Of a stretch of 64,000 bases of DNA, positions 49,853 through 63,820 are shown piece after piece (position 1 is the first letter of the stretch; each line of letters begins with the position of its first letter). The stretch is from NCBI RefSeq assembly GCF_009914755.1, contig NC_060927.1. One strand, given 5' to 3'. The translations under genes were made by a program, and so were the position numbers. The notes under the pieces were generated by a model, which saw only the letters and a list, made by a program, of their open reading frames with translations, searched no databases and was not told where the DNA came from. The DNA comes from the human T2T-CHM13v2.0 reference genome, Homo sapiens.

Positions 49853-50020
49853 GGAAGGGAGGCGAGGGATAAAAGATTACAAATAGGGTGCAGTGTACAC
49901 TGCTCGGGTGATGGGTGCACCCAAATCTCACAAATCTCCAGTAAAGAACTTACCCATGGAACCAAATACCACCGTACCCCAATAACCTATGGAAAAAAAT
50001 AAAAAATAAAGTAAAAAAGA
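49853..50020 (+). mobile_element. L1PB 3' end
   Basis: agggataaaagattacaaatagggtgcagtgtacactgctcgggtgatgggtgcacc...aacctatggaaa followed by an A tail. Confidence 0.8.
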
Positions 50021-50324
50021 GTCAGAAAGAAAGAAAATAATCACTGTACTTCCCAAGACACTTAGAAATGGTGACTAGCATTATTTGTAAGTGTCACCTA
50101 ATAATATTATTATTTTTTCTTTATGCTACAAACTAGCTCTGCTATTACAATCACTACTATTTGAAATGTTACTAAATTAAATTAAATCTATTGTATCCTT
50201 CTGGACTCAGAAATGGCGGTAAATGCTAAGACAATTTCAGAATAGGATCACATATTAAAAGCATATTATATGGGGAAAATTTGATTTTTAAAAAATAGAA
50301 ATTGGTAGAGAAACAATTTTTGGG

Positions 50325-50622
50325 TCTTTACGCACATTTTGCAAGTATGGACGCTGAATTTATTGTTCCAAATGATTGTTTTCAAGCATGTTTGTATAGA
50401 AAACAGCCTTGGAATAGAAAACCAGTACCTCCTTCTGGAACAAAGGAAAAGTTTATTTACTGTCTAGTATAATGCAGATAATTTCTCCCTCTTGGGAAGC
50501 ATACAGCCAAGTGAACTTCCAATAACACAAGTTGGGGTTTCTTGAGCTTGGGTTTTTCTTCCACAGTGTAATGTGCAGGTTACACTTGGCTCTCTTTGTG
50601 TTATCCTGCGAAAGCTGATGGC
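50325..50622 (+). mobile_element. ERV1 LTR fragment (MER90/MER110-like)
   Basis: atgtttgtatagaaaacagccttggaa...ctccttctggaacaaagg...tactgtctagtataat. Confidence 0.45.
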
Positions 50623-50624
50623 TA

Positions 50625-51409
50625 TAGGTGCATGTGTTTATTTTGGGGTTCTCTATTATGTTTCATTGGTCTTTGTGTCTGTTTTCATATCAGTACCATG
50701 TTATTTTGTCTACTGTGGCCTTAGGGCATAGTATGAAGTCAAGTAATGTGAAGTCTCCAGCTTTGTTCTTCTTGCTTAGATTTCCTTTGGTTGTCTGGGC
50801 TCTTTAAAAATCCATATGAAATTTAGAATATTTTTTTTTTCTGATTCTGTGAAAAACGACATTGGTTGTTTCATAGGAATAGTGTTGAATGTGTAGATTG
50901 CTTTTGGCAGTATAGCCATTTTAACAATATTGATCTTTCTAATCCATGAGCATGGAATGGTTTTCCATTTGTTTCGAGATCTATGATTTCTTTCTGCAGT
51001 GTTTTGTAGTTCTCCTTTTAGATATCCTTTACCTCCTTGGTTAGACATATTCTTCCTTTATTTTATTTTATTTTGGGGGTTGCTGTTGTAAACAGGATTG
51101 CACTCTTGATTTACCTTTCAGTTTAAACATTTTTGGTGAACAGAAATGCTACTTCTTTTTATATGTTGTTTTTTTTTATCCTGAAAGTTTGCTGAAGTTT
51201 TTTTTATCAGTTCTAGGAGCCTTTTGGCACAGTCTTTAGGGATTTCTAGGTGTAGAATCATATCATCAGTGAAGAGAGATAATTTGACTTCATTTCCTAT
51301 TTGGATGCTTTTTATCGCTTTCTCTTGCCTGCTTGCTCTGGCTAGGACTTGTTAAACAGGAGTGGGGAGAACAGGCATCCCTATTTTATTCCTGTTCATA
51401 AGGGGAATG
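50625..51409 (-). mobile_element. Older L1P ORF2 fragment (host of the HERV nest)
   Basis: ORF 50776-51048 reads [27 protein letters not shown]. Confidence 0.88.
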
Positions 51410-51696
51410 TGTTGGGAGAAAAGCTGAGTGTTGGAAGAGAAGCTGAGGCAGGGCCATATGTTTCTCATTCACTTGATACACCATTTCCTTTCAACCCCCA
51501 CATCCTCACCACCTGTTTCTTTGTTTGAGCACCAACAAATAGCGTGGGCTCCCAGAGCTTGGGGACTTTGCAGACTCCATACTCGTGATGGTCTCCTGGT
51601 CCCACTTTCTCTCTCAAACTGTCTTTTTCTCATTCCTTTGACTCTGCCGGACTTCCTCACCCCCATGACCTAGTGTTGGGTCTGATCACCCCAACA
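51410..51696 (+). mobile_element. HERV-K14/HML-1 5' LTR (LTR14B-like), apparently internally deleted
   Basis: tgttgggagaaaagctgagtgttgg...ggtctgatcaccccaaca with terminal inverted TGTTGGG/CCCAACA. Confidence 0.8.
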
Positions 51697-51700
51697 TTCC

Positions 51701-51718
51701 TGGCGCCCAACATGGGGT
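51701..51718 (+). promoter_or_regulatory. Primer binding site, tRNA-Lys type
   Basis: TGGCGCCCAACATGGGG just after the LTR. Confidence 0.85.
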
Positions 51719-51798
51719 GACAAAGACCCGGTGAAGGAAGGCTAGAGCATATGAAAGCAGAGGACACATCATCAAAAGACACCCGAGGACATACAAAG

Positions 51799-53473
51799 AT
51801 GGGGAGTGAAAGTTAGTACTTAGAATTTGTTATTACTCTTTAGTACAGTAAAGCAGTTTTGCCCATGGTTTCCAGAACAAAGGACTATGAAGTTGGATGA
51901 ATGGGAGAGAATTGGAAGAGATTTTTAATAGGCATATAAAGATGGAGCAGAAATTCCAGTTTATATATGGTAAGTGTGGGCACTAATAAAGGCAGCCCTT
52001 GAGCCATTTCAAACAGATGATGAGGCAGATTCAGATGAGGAAGAGGAGGATGAGTGTAAAAAACTAACTTCAAATTCTGAGTGTGAGGAGCAGCTACCGG
52101 AGGAGATTAAAGAAAAGAAAGAAAAACTTTAAAAAGTATGTTTTACTAGCCCGTTGGCTCCACCTGCTGAATTAAGTGAATGGCCACCTCCTCTCTCTCC
52201 TCTAAATGGGTGAGAAAATAAATTAGCTGAAAAACTTACTGCTCCTGTAGTTACAACATTAAAACCTGGAGCAGTTGGTGGTGCTAGACAAAATTCTATT
52301 CAAAAAGCTAAAGCCAAGGGAGACCTTGAAGCATGGCAATTTCCCGTTACTATAATCCAGCAAGTAGGACAGAATATAGCTAATTAGCCTGCTTTTTCTT
52401 CTAAGTTACTAAAGAATTTAAGCAAGCCATTAGTCAATATGGACTGAACTGTCTTTTTGTGCAATCTTTATTAAAAAATATGGCTCTTGATAATACATTA
52501 CTACCATATAATTAGGATACTTTGACAAAACCTGTTCTCACTCCATCTCAGTACTTGCAGTTTAAAACTTGGTAGGCTGATGAACTCAAACTCAGGCAAA
52601 AGAAAACACACACGTGCAGCCACCTGTGCCTGTTTTCTTTGATCAGTTAATATGAGTTGGCCCTAACTGGGGTTGATTAGAGAATCAAGCAGTAATGGAA
52701 GATGTTGCCATTATTCAGCTGTGCTTCATGTGCTTACATGCATAGAAAAGGATAAATGTTACAGGGGAAAAGTATCCTTATTTAAGTTCTGTCTGACAAG
52801 GACCTAAAGAACCATATATTAATTCTATTGCTCAGCTCCAAGAGGCTGTGTATAAAGCCGTAAATGATCAAAACAGCTCAGGATGTTGTAATACAGCTTC
52901 TTGCATACAATAATGCTAATGCAGAGTGTCAAACTGCTATTAGATATCTGAGAGAGAAGGCTCATTTAACTAAATATATTAAGTCTTGCGATGGCATTGG
53001 AGATAACTTACATAAGGCTATTCTTTTAGCTCAGGCTATGGCTAGATTAAGAGTAAGAAAAAATATGCTTCATTTCTCAGGCTCTTGCCTTAATTGTGGG
53101 CAAATTGGACACAAGAAAGGAATGTAGAAAGGAATTCAAAAGACGAAAACTACTACCATGAATCAACAGAAAAGACCCAGTGTATGTCCCTGGTGTAAGA
53201 AAGGCAATCACTAGGCAAGTCCGTGTCATTCTAAATTTAGCAAAGATAGACAACCTCTTTGAGGAAATAGGAAGAGGGACCCGCCTCAAGCCCCTCAACA
53301 AACTGAGGCATACCCAGCACAGCCACTGCCCTTACAAATGTACAGCAATTGTCCACCGCCTCAGCAAGCAGTGCTGCTGTAGACCTCTACAGCACAATTC
53401 CCATCTCCTTACTTCCTGGGGAGCCAAGAAAGAAGGTCCCCACAGGAGTTAGGGCACCCTTACCCTGAGGAAC
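51799..53473 (+). pseudogene. gag: HML-1 gag (MA/CA/NC) and start of pro (dUTPase), disrupted
   Basis: FCPWFPEQ matrix motif, QLLAYNNANAECQ, zinc knuckles CLNCGQIGH and CPWCKKGNH, then LLPGEPRKKVPTGV; many stops. Confidence 0.85.
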
Positions 53474-53920
53474 TGTTGGGAACAAGCCCCCCAAAATCCG
53501 GCCATAAACTGGCCCCAAAACTGGCCATAAACAAAATCTCTGCAGCACTGTGACATGTTCTTGATGGCCATAACACCCACGCTGGAAGGTTGTGGGTTTA
53601 CCAGAATGAGGACAAGGAATACCTGGCCCGTCCAGGGTGGAAAACCACTTAAAGGCATTCTTAAGCCACAAACAATAGCATGAGTGATCTGTGCCTTAAG
53701 AATAAGGGATACTTTTAGTTAATCTAATATCTATAGAAACAATGCTAATGACTGGCTTGCTGTTAATAAATACGTGGGTAAATCTCTGTTCAGGGCTCTC
53801 AGCTCTGAAAGCTGTGAGACTCCTGATTTCCCACTTCACACCTCTATATTTCAGTGTGTGTGTCTTTAATTCCTCTAGTGCTGCTGGGTTAGGGTCTCCC
53901 CAACCGACCTGGTCTCAGCA
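53474..53920 (+). mobile_element. HERV-K9/HML-3 5' LTR (MER9)
   Basis: tgttgggaacaagccccccaaaatccggccataaactggcccc...ctggtctcagca; AATAAA near 53765; PBS-like tggtgcccattcgtggggg follows at ~53923. Confidence 0.9.
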
Positions 53921-54071
53921 AGTGGTGCCCATTCGTGGGGGCTCGAATACAGGTCAAAGGATCGCTGGAGCAACGATTGGAGAATGTGGAACTAGCTGGA
54001 GGACATCCGAGTACTCTTAAAGCAATCCCCGTGGTGAGTCAGAAGGGGAGCTCGGAAGCATCAGGGTAACA

Positions 54072-55430
54072 ATGGGACAAGTGTGGGCTGTGGTTCGTTC
54101 TACCTTGGAACTTTTTCACACTGATAATGAGGAGGAAGGAGAGTATAACAAAGTAACAGTAGAGGTTACAGACCAGGTTTATTTGCCACCTAAAGCTAAA
54201 GCAGAAAAGGAGGGAGAGGTTCATCCCTACCCTTCTGCACCCCCTCATTATTATTTTGAAGAAAACGACCCTCCAGATCTTTCTTTTCTGGAGGACACTG
54301 GGTGAAAAGTAGTTGCCCTGGTGACTGTTCGAGCACCGCCTTGAGCGACTGCTTAGTTCTATTCAGGCAGGAATTCAGCAAGCTAGACAAAAGTGGGATT
54401 TAGAGGCTTGGCAGTTCCCTGTTTGAATACACCCCCCAGATCAACAGGGAAATATTATAGCTACATTTGAATCTTTTCCTTTTAAATTACTCAAAAAAAT
54501 TAAACAAGCTATAAATCAGTATGGACCAGGTTCTCCTTTTGAAATGGGACTGTTAAAGAATGTTGCTGTTTCCAGTCGGATGATTCCTACTGACTGGGAC
54601 ACTCTTACTCTAGCTTGTCTAACTCCTGCTCAGTTCTTACAATTTAAAACTTAGTGGGCAGATGAAGCTTCCATTCAGGCTGCTCGCAATGCCTGGGCCC
54701 AACCTCAAATTAATATAACTGCAGACCAACTTTTGGGGGTTGGTGGCTGGGCTGGTTTACATGCACAAGCAGTCAAGCAGGATGATGCCATAGAACAGCT
54801 TAGAGGAGTGTGCATTAGAGCTTGGAAAAAATCACTTCATATGGAGAACAATACCCTTCATTTAGTGCTATAAAACAGGGACCAAGAGAACCATATGTGC
54901 ATTTTATAGCTTGGTTACAGGAGTCTCTTAAAAAGATGATTGCAGATTTGGCTGCTTAGGATATAGTGTTGCAGTTATTAGTTTTGACAATGCTAATCCC
55001 TATTGCCAGGCTGCTCTGCGACCTATCAGAGGGAAAGCACATTTAGTTGATTATAACAAGGCCTGTGATGATATCAGAGATAATCTACATAAAGCTACTT
55101 TGTTGGCACAGGCGATGGCAGGACTGAGAGTGGATAAAGGAAATACTCTATTTCCTGGAGCTTGTTTTAACTGTGGGAAGCATGGTCATACTAAAAAGAA
55201 TGTAAAAAAAAAATTAGCAAGTCAGGCCACCAGATAGGTGAAAAAAGAAAACTGCTGATCCTGAAATATGTCTAAAATGTAAAAAAGGAAAACTTTGGGC
55301 TAATCAGTGTCACTCTAAGTTTGATAAAGAAGGGAACCCGATTTTGGGAAACTCCCTGGGGGGCCCATTCCAGGCCCTGTTCTGAACAAGGGCATTTCCA
55401 GGTCAGGCCATTCCCTCACCCCCGTACATT
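54072..55430 (+). pseudogene. gag: HML-3 gag, disrupted
   Basis: MGQVWAVVRSTLELFHT start; capsid IKQGPREPY; zinc knuckle CFNCGKHGH; stops and frameshifts. Confidence 0.85.
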
Positions 55431-56265
55431 ATCTGTCCCCCACCATAGCCCATAGTGCCGCAGTAGATTTATGCTGCACAAAAGCTGTGAGCCTTCTGCC
55501 TGGGGAACCCCCGCAAAAGGTCCCAACAGGAGTCTGTGGACCGTTGCGAGCAGGGACAATGGGATTACTTTTAGGAAGGTCTAGTTTAAGTTTAAAAGGG
55601 GTACAAATACACACTGGAGTCATTGATCCAGATTACAATGAGGAAATTCAAATTGTGATATCTACTTCTGTTCCCTGGAAAGCACAGCCAGGAGTGCGCA
55701 TAGCACAGCTCCTGAGTGTGAAGTATGTGGGAATGGGAAAAAGTGAAATTAAATGAACTGGAGGATTTGGAAGCACAAATAAAAAAGGCAAGGCAGCTTA
55801 TTGGGTAAATCAAAATACTGATAAACATCCTATCTGTGAAATAACTATCCAGGGAAAGAACTTTAAAGGTTTGGTAGATACAATTTTTTTTTTTTGGTAG
55901 GAGTGGACATTTCAATCATTTCTCTACAGCACTGGCCGTCCATGTGGCCAATTCAGCCCACTCAATTTAACACAGTGGAAACTGCTAAAGCCCCAGAAGT
56001 GTATCAAAGTAGCTATATTTTGCATTGTGAAGGGACCGATGCACAACCTGGGACTGTTCAACCAATTGCAACTTCTGTACCTATAAATTTATGGGGGAGA
56101 GATTTATTATGACAATGGGGAGCACAAGTTCTAATTCCATAGCAATTATACAGCCCTCAAAGTCAACATATGATGCACGAAATGGGGCATGTCCCTGGTA
56201 TAGGAGTAGAAAAAAATTGCAAGGTTTGAAAGAACTGCTTCAAACGGAAAGACAAAGTTCCTGCC
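55431..56265 (+). pseudogene. pro: HML-3 pro (dUTPase + protease + G-patch), disrupted
   Basis: LLPGEPPQKVPTG..GLLLGRSS..GVIDPDY; GLVDT; PINLWGRDLL; MMHEMGHVPGIG. Confidence 0.87.
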
Positions 56266-57277
56266 AAAGATTAGGATACCATTTTTGATGGTGGCCACTG
56301 TTAAGCCTCCAGAACCTATACCTTTAAAATGGTTAACAGATAAGCCAATTTGGATAGAATAATGGCTGCTAAGCAAAGAGAAACTGGATGCTTTAGAGAA
56401 ATTAGTTACTGAACAATTAGAAAATGGGCACATAGCTCCAACATTTTCCCCTTGGAATTCTCCAGTGTTCATAATTAAGAAAAAATCAGGTAAATGGAGA
56501 ATGTTAACTGACTTAAGAGCCATCAATTCAGTTATACAACCTATGGAAACATAACAGCCAGGATTGCCTTCTCCTACTATAATTCCAAAAAATTGGCCTT
56601 TAATAGTCACAGATTTAAAAGACTGTTACTTTACTACCCTTTTAGCTGAGCAAGACTGTGAACGGTTTGCATTTACAATTCCTGCAGTAAACAACCTGCA
56701 GCCTGCTAAGCGTTTTCGTTGTTTCACAGATGGGTCTAGTAATGGTAAAGCTTCTTATTCTGGATCAAAAGGTAAAGTTTTCCAGACACCCTATACTTCA
56801 GCTCAAAAAGCGGAGCTTGTAGCTGTAATTGAGGTATTGACTGCTTTTGATATGCCTGTTAATGTGATTTCTGATTCTTCATACATGGTTCATTCCACAC
56901 AGTTAATTGAAAATGCTCAGTTACGATTTCATACAGATGAACAACTGATAATAAAAACAAAAAAAGGGGGAGAAACAGGGATTACGGGTAGCCCATACAC
57001 AATTGAATGTATCATTATTAACTTTCAAATTTTTGAGCCTGCCCAAAGGCCAGATGTTACCAGCAGCTGAACAGCATCTACAGAAACTAGCTGCAAAGAG
57101 AGAAGTAGAACAACTGGTTTGGTGGAGAGATCCAATAACAAAAAGTTGGGAAATAGGTAAAATTATAACTTGGCATAGAGATTATGCTTGTGTTTCTCCA
57201 GGACCGAATCAACAACTGATTTAGATACCATCAAGACACCTGAAATTTTATCATGAGTCAGATGCTGAGGAAGAGAT
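56266..57277 (+). pseudogene. pol: HML-3 pol with large internal deletions (RT N-terminus / RNase H / integrase C-terminus)
   Basis: [57 protein letters not shown]. Confidence 0.87.
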
Positions 57278-57311
57278 AAAAAGCACAATCATCATTGAAA
57301 TTAGAGCTTCT

Positions 57312-57525
57312 GGCTGGGCGCGGTGGCTCATGCCTGTAATCCCAGCACTCTGGGAGGCCGAGGTGGGCAGATCACAAGGTCAGGAGATCGAGACCATCCT
57401 GGCTAACACGGTGAAACCCCGTCTCTACTAAAAATACAAAAAATTAGCTGGGTGAGGTGGCGGGCGCCTATAGTCCCAGCTACTCAGGAGGCTGAGGCAG
57501 GAGAATGGCATGAACCCGGGAGGCA
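57312..57525 (+). mobile_element. AluY, 3'-truncated
   Basis: AluY diagnostics present; stops at gaacccgggaggca with no tail. Confidence 0.9.
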
Positions 57526-57647
57526 AAACTTCAGGTTTTGCCAAGAATAACACTGTAAATGTAACAAAGCTTCTGTGCTTGTTAGTGAACACCAAATCAG
57601 CTACTCTCCTGTATTCGGAGATCAGGATGAAATGAAAAGAACAAGCA

Positions 57648-57948
<301 letters not shown>

Positions 57949-58618
57949 GACCCCCAACCTTGTCTAGACTGTGGGGTTTCAGTTTCACCCCAGGGGGGTC
58001 CTGGTTGGGTTAGAATCCTGAATCTCGTTTGAGTTCGAACCCTAAAGAATAAAGGGAATAAAGGCTGTAGCTACTGAGCTACTCAATCTGGTCTGGTTCT
58101 GGCTTTTGTGTGTCTATCTGTATTTTTGGTCTAAATATTTGGCCCAACAGAGGTTAAAGGCTTTGATGTTCTCAGCAAAAACCTTGTGAGACTTCTAGTT
58201 TATCTGTGTGCTCAATTGGAACAAAGAGACTCAATAAACTAGAAAAACCTAAAGAAAATGGCACAAGTGAAAAATTGAGAGCCAACTCCTGTTTGTTGTT
58301 CTGTCCACCTCCCTCTCTCACTCCTCCTTCTGCCTTTGCTGTGGTCCCATGGTGTTTCTGTCTTTCCGGGGACCTGAGATTCAGTGTAGGAGTGAAGTCC
58401 ATGATTTTAAAGCCTTCATGTCTCTGCTTTTTAACTCTGCCTGCTTTGCTGAGCTCTTATAATGAGAAATAAACTATTCAGAACAGGTACAACAGGGCAT
58501 CAGAAAACCAACTTCAGGCAGCGCTCCGGCAAGTACCTCCCTAGAGGGGAAGGGCTTACTAAAGGAGATTTAATCTTGAAAAGGCCAAAATGAGAAGCTC
58601 TAACCTTTAGCTTGCTAG

Positions 58619-59400
<782 letters not shown>

Positions 59401-59640
59401 TCTAGTGCACACTTTAAACCTGACGGCCAAATTACATGAAAGAAAATTCAGAACTCAAATTGTTACTATTTTTAAAAACCCTAAAATGAAAAAGTCTCAG
59501 TTCTTTTGCCTATCTTTTTTTTTTTCCCTGCCTACTTTGAATCTGCTGATTTGTCTACTGGTGTTGAGATAAGACTTACTGTCTGTAGTGTTACCAATTC
59601 AAGGTTACTTGGCTGAAGAAAAACAAAAGAATGAAACAAT

Positions 59641-59958
<318 letters not shown>

Positions 59959-60440
59959 AAAAGAGTTCTTTTATAAATGCAAATAATTTAAAAAGTATTG
60001 ATAAAATAAAAATAGAAATGTCTTCAGAATTGTCAGCATACATTTTTGACTGTGTTTTATATTTACATTTGCTAGATATTTTAAGGTGCTAGGGTTTGGC
60101 ATGAAGGTTATAAAGCTATAAACACAGGAAAAAAAGAATATTTGTTTATGTGATTTTTTAAATACATAAGACCAATTTAATACGGTTTGTTGAACAAAAA
60201 TAATGGAATTTTCTGAGTTATTGGTAAAATACCCTTGTATTTAACTTTGAAATCCTCACTTATGTGAACACCTGATATTCACAGGCTATAACATGGTTAA
60301 CAAGAAAATAACCTAGAAATGATGACTAGCTTTGTCTAATACCTCAGTTCTCACAAATACTCTAGATAAACTGTCAAAAATAAGTAAATGTAAATGGATA
60401 AATGTCTATACAAGATATTTTAATGTATTTTTGAAATTTT

Positions 60441-60709
60441 TTTGAGCCAATGTCTCTGCCTGTCACCCAGGCTGAAGTGCAGTGGCATGATCACAGCTCA
60501 TTGCAACCTTGACCTCCTGCACTCAAGGGATCCTCCCACCTCAACCTCCCAAGAAGTTGTTAATTACAGGCATGCAACACCATGGTCAGCTAACTTTTAT
60601 TTTTTTTGTAGAGTCAGCATCTCGCTATTTGCTCAGGCTGGTCTCACGATACTCCTGCCTTGGCCTCCTAAAGTGTTGGGATTACAGGTGTGAGCCACCA
60701 TGCCCAGCC
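60441..60709 (-). mobile_element. AluJ
   Basis: Antisense dimer; TSD tatttttgaaatttt at 60426-60440 and 60710-60724. Confidence 0.88.
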
Positions 60710-60788
60710 TATTTTTGAAATTTTAGTTATGTTAAATTAAATAATAGATACTCATTAAATATCTGGGTTATTTCCAATTTAAAACTTA

Positions 60789-61121
<333 letters not shown>

Positions 61122-62267
61122 TCATTCTCATATGTAAGATACTGCTATATGACAATTCAAGATTTCTTTCTTCCTAAGTTTTTTATTAAAATAAGGGTTA
61201 CTAAGTGTTAATATCTTGGTAGATATATGTGATTAAGACTACTAGATACAAGAGAAACAATTCTGTATGCAAAATCTATACGGGTTTTTGTTTCAGAGAA
61301 AGTAAATTCGCTTAGAGATTTTTAAGGATTATTTTAAATTGAAGGAATAAAAAAGATAGATAAAACTAAATGTGTATAAAAAGTTGAGAAAGATGGAAAA
61401 AATTATACAAGGTTATTAAAAGTTTATGTAAATCTTACCTCGAGGTCAAAACTGATTGAGATCAGATAGATTGTTTATAAAGTTTATTTAAATTAGCTGT
61501 AATATTAAAAACATAGTGATAAAAAACAAAAAATTTTGGTTAAAACAACAAGGTTTTCTTAATGCATTTATTTGCTCATAATAAGAGGTAATAAATATTG
61601 ACTTTTAATCCTGATATCTGTTACTATAAAATCTTTTCAGATTTGTATATCAGAAGTTCAACGTTTCCTGTACTTTCATGTTACACATGACTCACAGATC
61701 ACATCATTGTCTTCTGTTTCTTCTTGAGAAGGAATAAAAGGCTTGGGTTTCCTGCTTGGCTGGGATGATAACTCCTTCAGCTTTTTCATCAGGTCTAATT
61801 TTGTACTCTTGGCTTTTAAATATGTCTTAATTACTTCATGTAACCAGGATACAGCAGGAAACTTCCATGCTATCATTGTGAGCTATGGATCCCCACTGCT
61901 CTATGCTCTGGTTTTCCTGTTTACATTCCTCTGTAATATTATGCTCACTCATGACCCTGGACACACTCTTTCTATGTCTAATTAAATTCAAGTCTCCGTG
62001 TCATCGGTTTGACTTCCAAGTGATTTAAATTAGCTTCCCATAAGAAGACACAATTATGCCACAGGAGCTTTTACCCTTTAAATGACTGGCCTGTAATAAA
62101 GATTTTAGGTTTTATCAAGATAATCCATGTGTTGCCTTTATTGTTTTTTTAATTACTTGGGAAAACTGAGGGTTTTCAGTTTTCACATCCATGTAACCTT
62201 CTATGTTGCTTTTGATGTCTTTTGGTTGTCATGTTAATTAAATGAATGTTATTTAAAAATGACATGT

Positions 62268-62570
62268 GGCTGTGTGCAGCGGCTCTTGTCTGTAATTCCA
62301 GCCCTTTGGGAGGCCAAGGTGGGTGGATCACTTGAGCCCAGGAGTTCAAGTCCAGCCTGGGCAAAATGGCAAAACCCCATATCTACTAAAAATACAAAAG
62401 CTAGCTAGGTGTGGTAGCAAGTGCTCATAGTCCTGGCTACTTGGGAGACTAAGGTGGAGGATCACCTGAGCCTGGGAGGTTGAGGCTGCAGTGAGCCATG
62501 ATTTCACCACTGCACTCCAGCCTGGGCAACAGGGTGAGACCCTGTCTCAAAAAAATAATAAAATAAAAAA
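62268..62570 (+). mobile_element. AluJ
   Basis: cacttgagcccaggagttcaag; gaggttgaggctgcagtgagccatgat. Confidence 0.9.
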
Positions 62571-62692
62571 CAATAAACTGCCATTCCGTTTTGGTCAAAT
62601 GTTTTCAATTTTTTGACATCTTTGCTAAAACTTAGTTGATAACATTGTATGGGAAGCATTGCCAAAAGTTAAGTAACACTAAATCTTCTTTT

Positions 62693-62983
62693 TTTTTTTC
62701 TCTGAGACAGAATCTTGCTTTGTCACCCAGGCTGGAGTGCTGTGGCATGATCTAGTGTCACTGCAAATTCTGCCCCAAGGTTCAAGCAATTCTTCTGCCT
62801 CAACCTCCCAAGTAGCTGGGACTACAGACAAGTGCCACCATACCCGGCTAATTTTGTATTTTTAGTAGAGACAAGATTTCTCCATGTTGGCCAGGCAGGT
62901 GTCGAACTCCTGACCTCTGATGATCTGTCCAACTTGGCCTCCCAAAGTGTTGGGATTACAGGCATGAGCCACTGTGCCCAGCT
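62693..62983 (-). mobile_element. Alu (AluS)
   Basis: Antisense dimer; TSD taaatcttctttt at 62680-62692 and 62984-62996. Confidence 0.9.
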
Positions 62984-63354
62984 TAAATCTTCTTTTGGTT
63001 ACATTTATAGGTATGTTATTAATATAAATATTTTAAAAGTTATATAAATTATAAAAATCTAATAGGGTTTCAGTCATAATTTTGATGATGTTAAATATTT
63101 TCTAAAGTTGTATGTGTATAGATATATTATTAATATAAATATTCTAAAGATTATATAAAATTTGTGGAAGTCTGATGGATCTGATGTGTTGCCATCAGTC
63201 ATGATTCTGGCTGTTATCTTAAAATGCTACATATAATACAAATAACTAAATTTTCTCGAGATTTGAGAACTTCCACTGGATTTTAACCAACGGCTATTCT
63301 AAGTTTTTGTCATCCACGGTGATTGATTAAAGTTCTTCTCTAAAACCCTTTACA

Positions 63355-63695
63355 GGCCGGGCACGGTGCTGGAGGCCATGCAGGGCACGGTGCTGGGCAT
63401 GGTGCAGGGCATGGAGGCTCATGCGTGTAAATATCCCAGCACTTTGCAAGGCTGAGGTGGGTGAATTGCTTAAACTAAGAAGTTTGAAAGCAGCCTAGGC
63501 AATATGGTAAAATCCCATCTCTACAAAAATACAAAAATTAGCCAGGCATGATGGTGCATGCCTATGGTCCCAGCTACTTCGGAGGGTGAGGTAGGAGGAT
63601 GGCTTGAGTTTGGGAGGGAGAGATTGCAGTGAACCAAGATCATGCCACTGCACTCCATCCTGAGTGATAGAGCCAGACCGTGTCTCAAAAAAAAA
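63355..63695 (+). mobile_element. AluJ-like with reiterated 5' end
   Basis: TSD cctttaca at 63347-63354 and 63697-63704; 12-bp repeats at the head. Confidence 0.88.
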
Positions 63696-63820
63696 GCCTT
63701 TACAATCAGCTATCATCTAAATTACTTTTAATGGAAAGGATTCTGACAAGTTCTCTTAAATATGGTTTCAGATAACTTTGGGGATCAAACCATTGGACTA
63801 GGAAAATCTTCCAGGACTCT

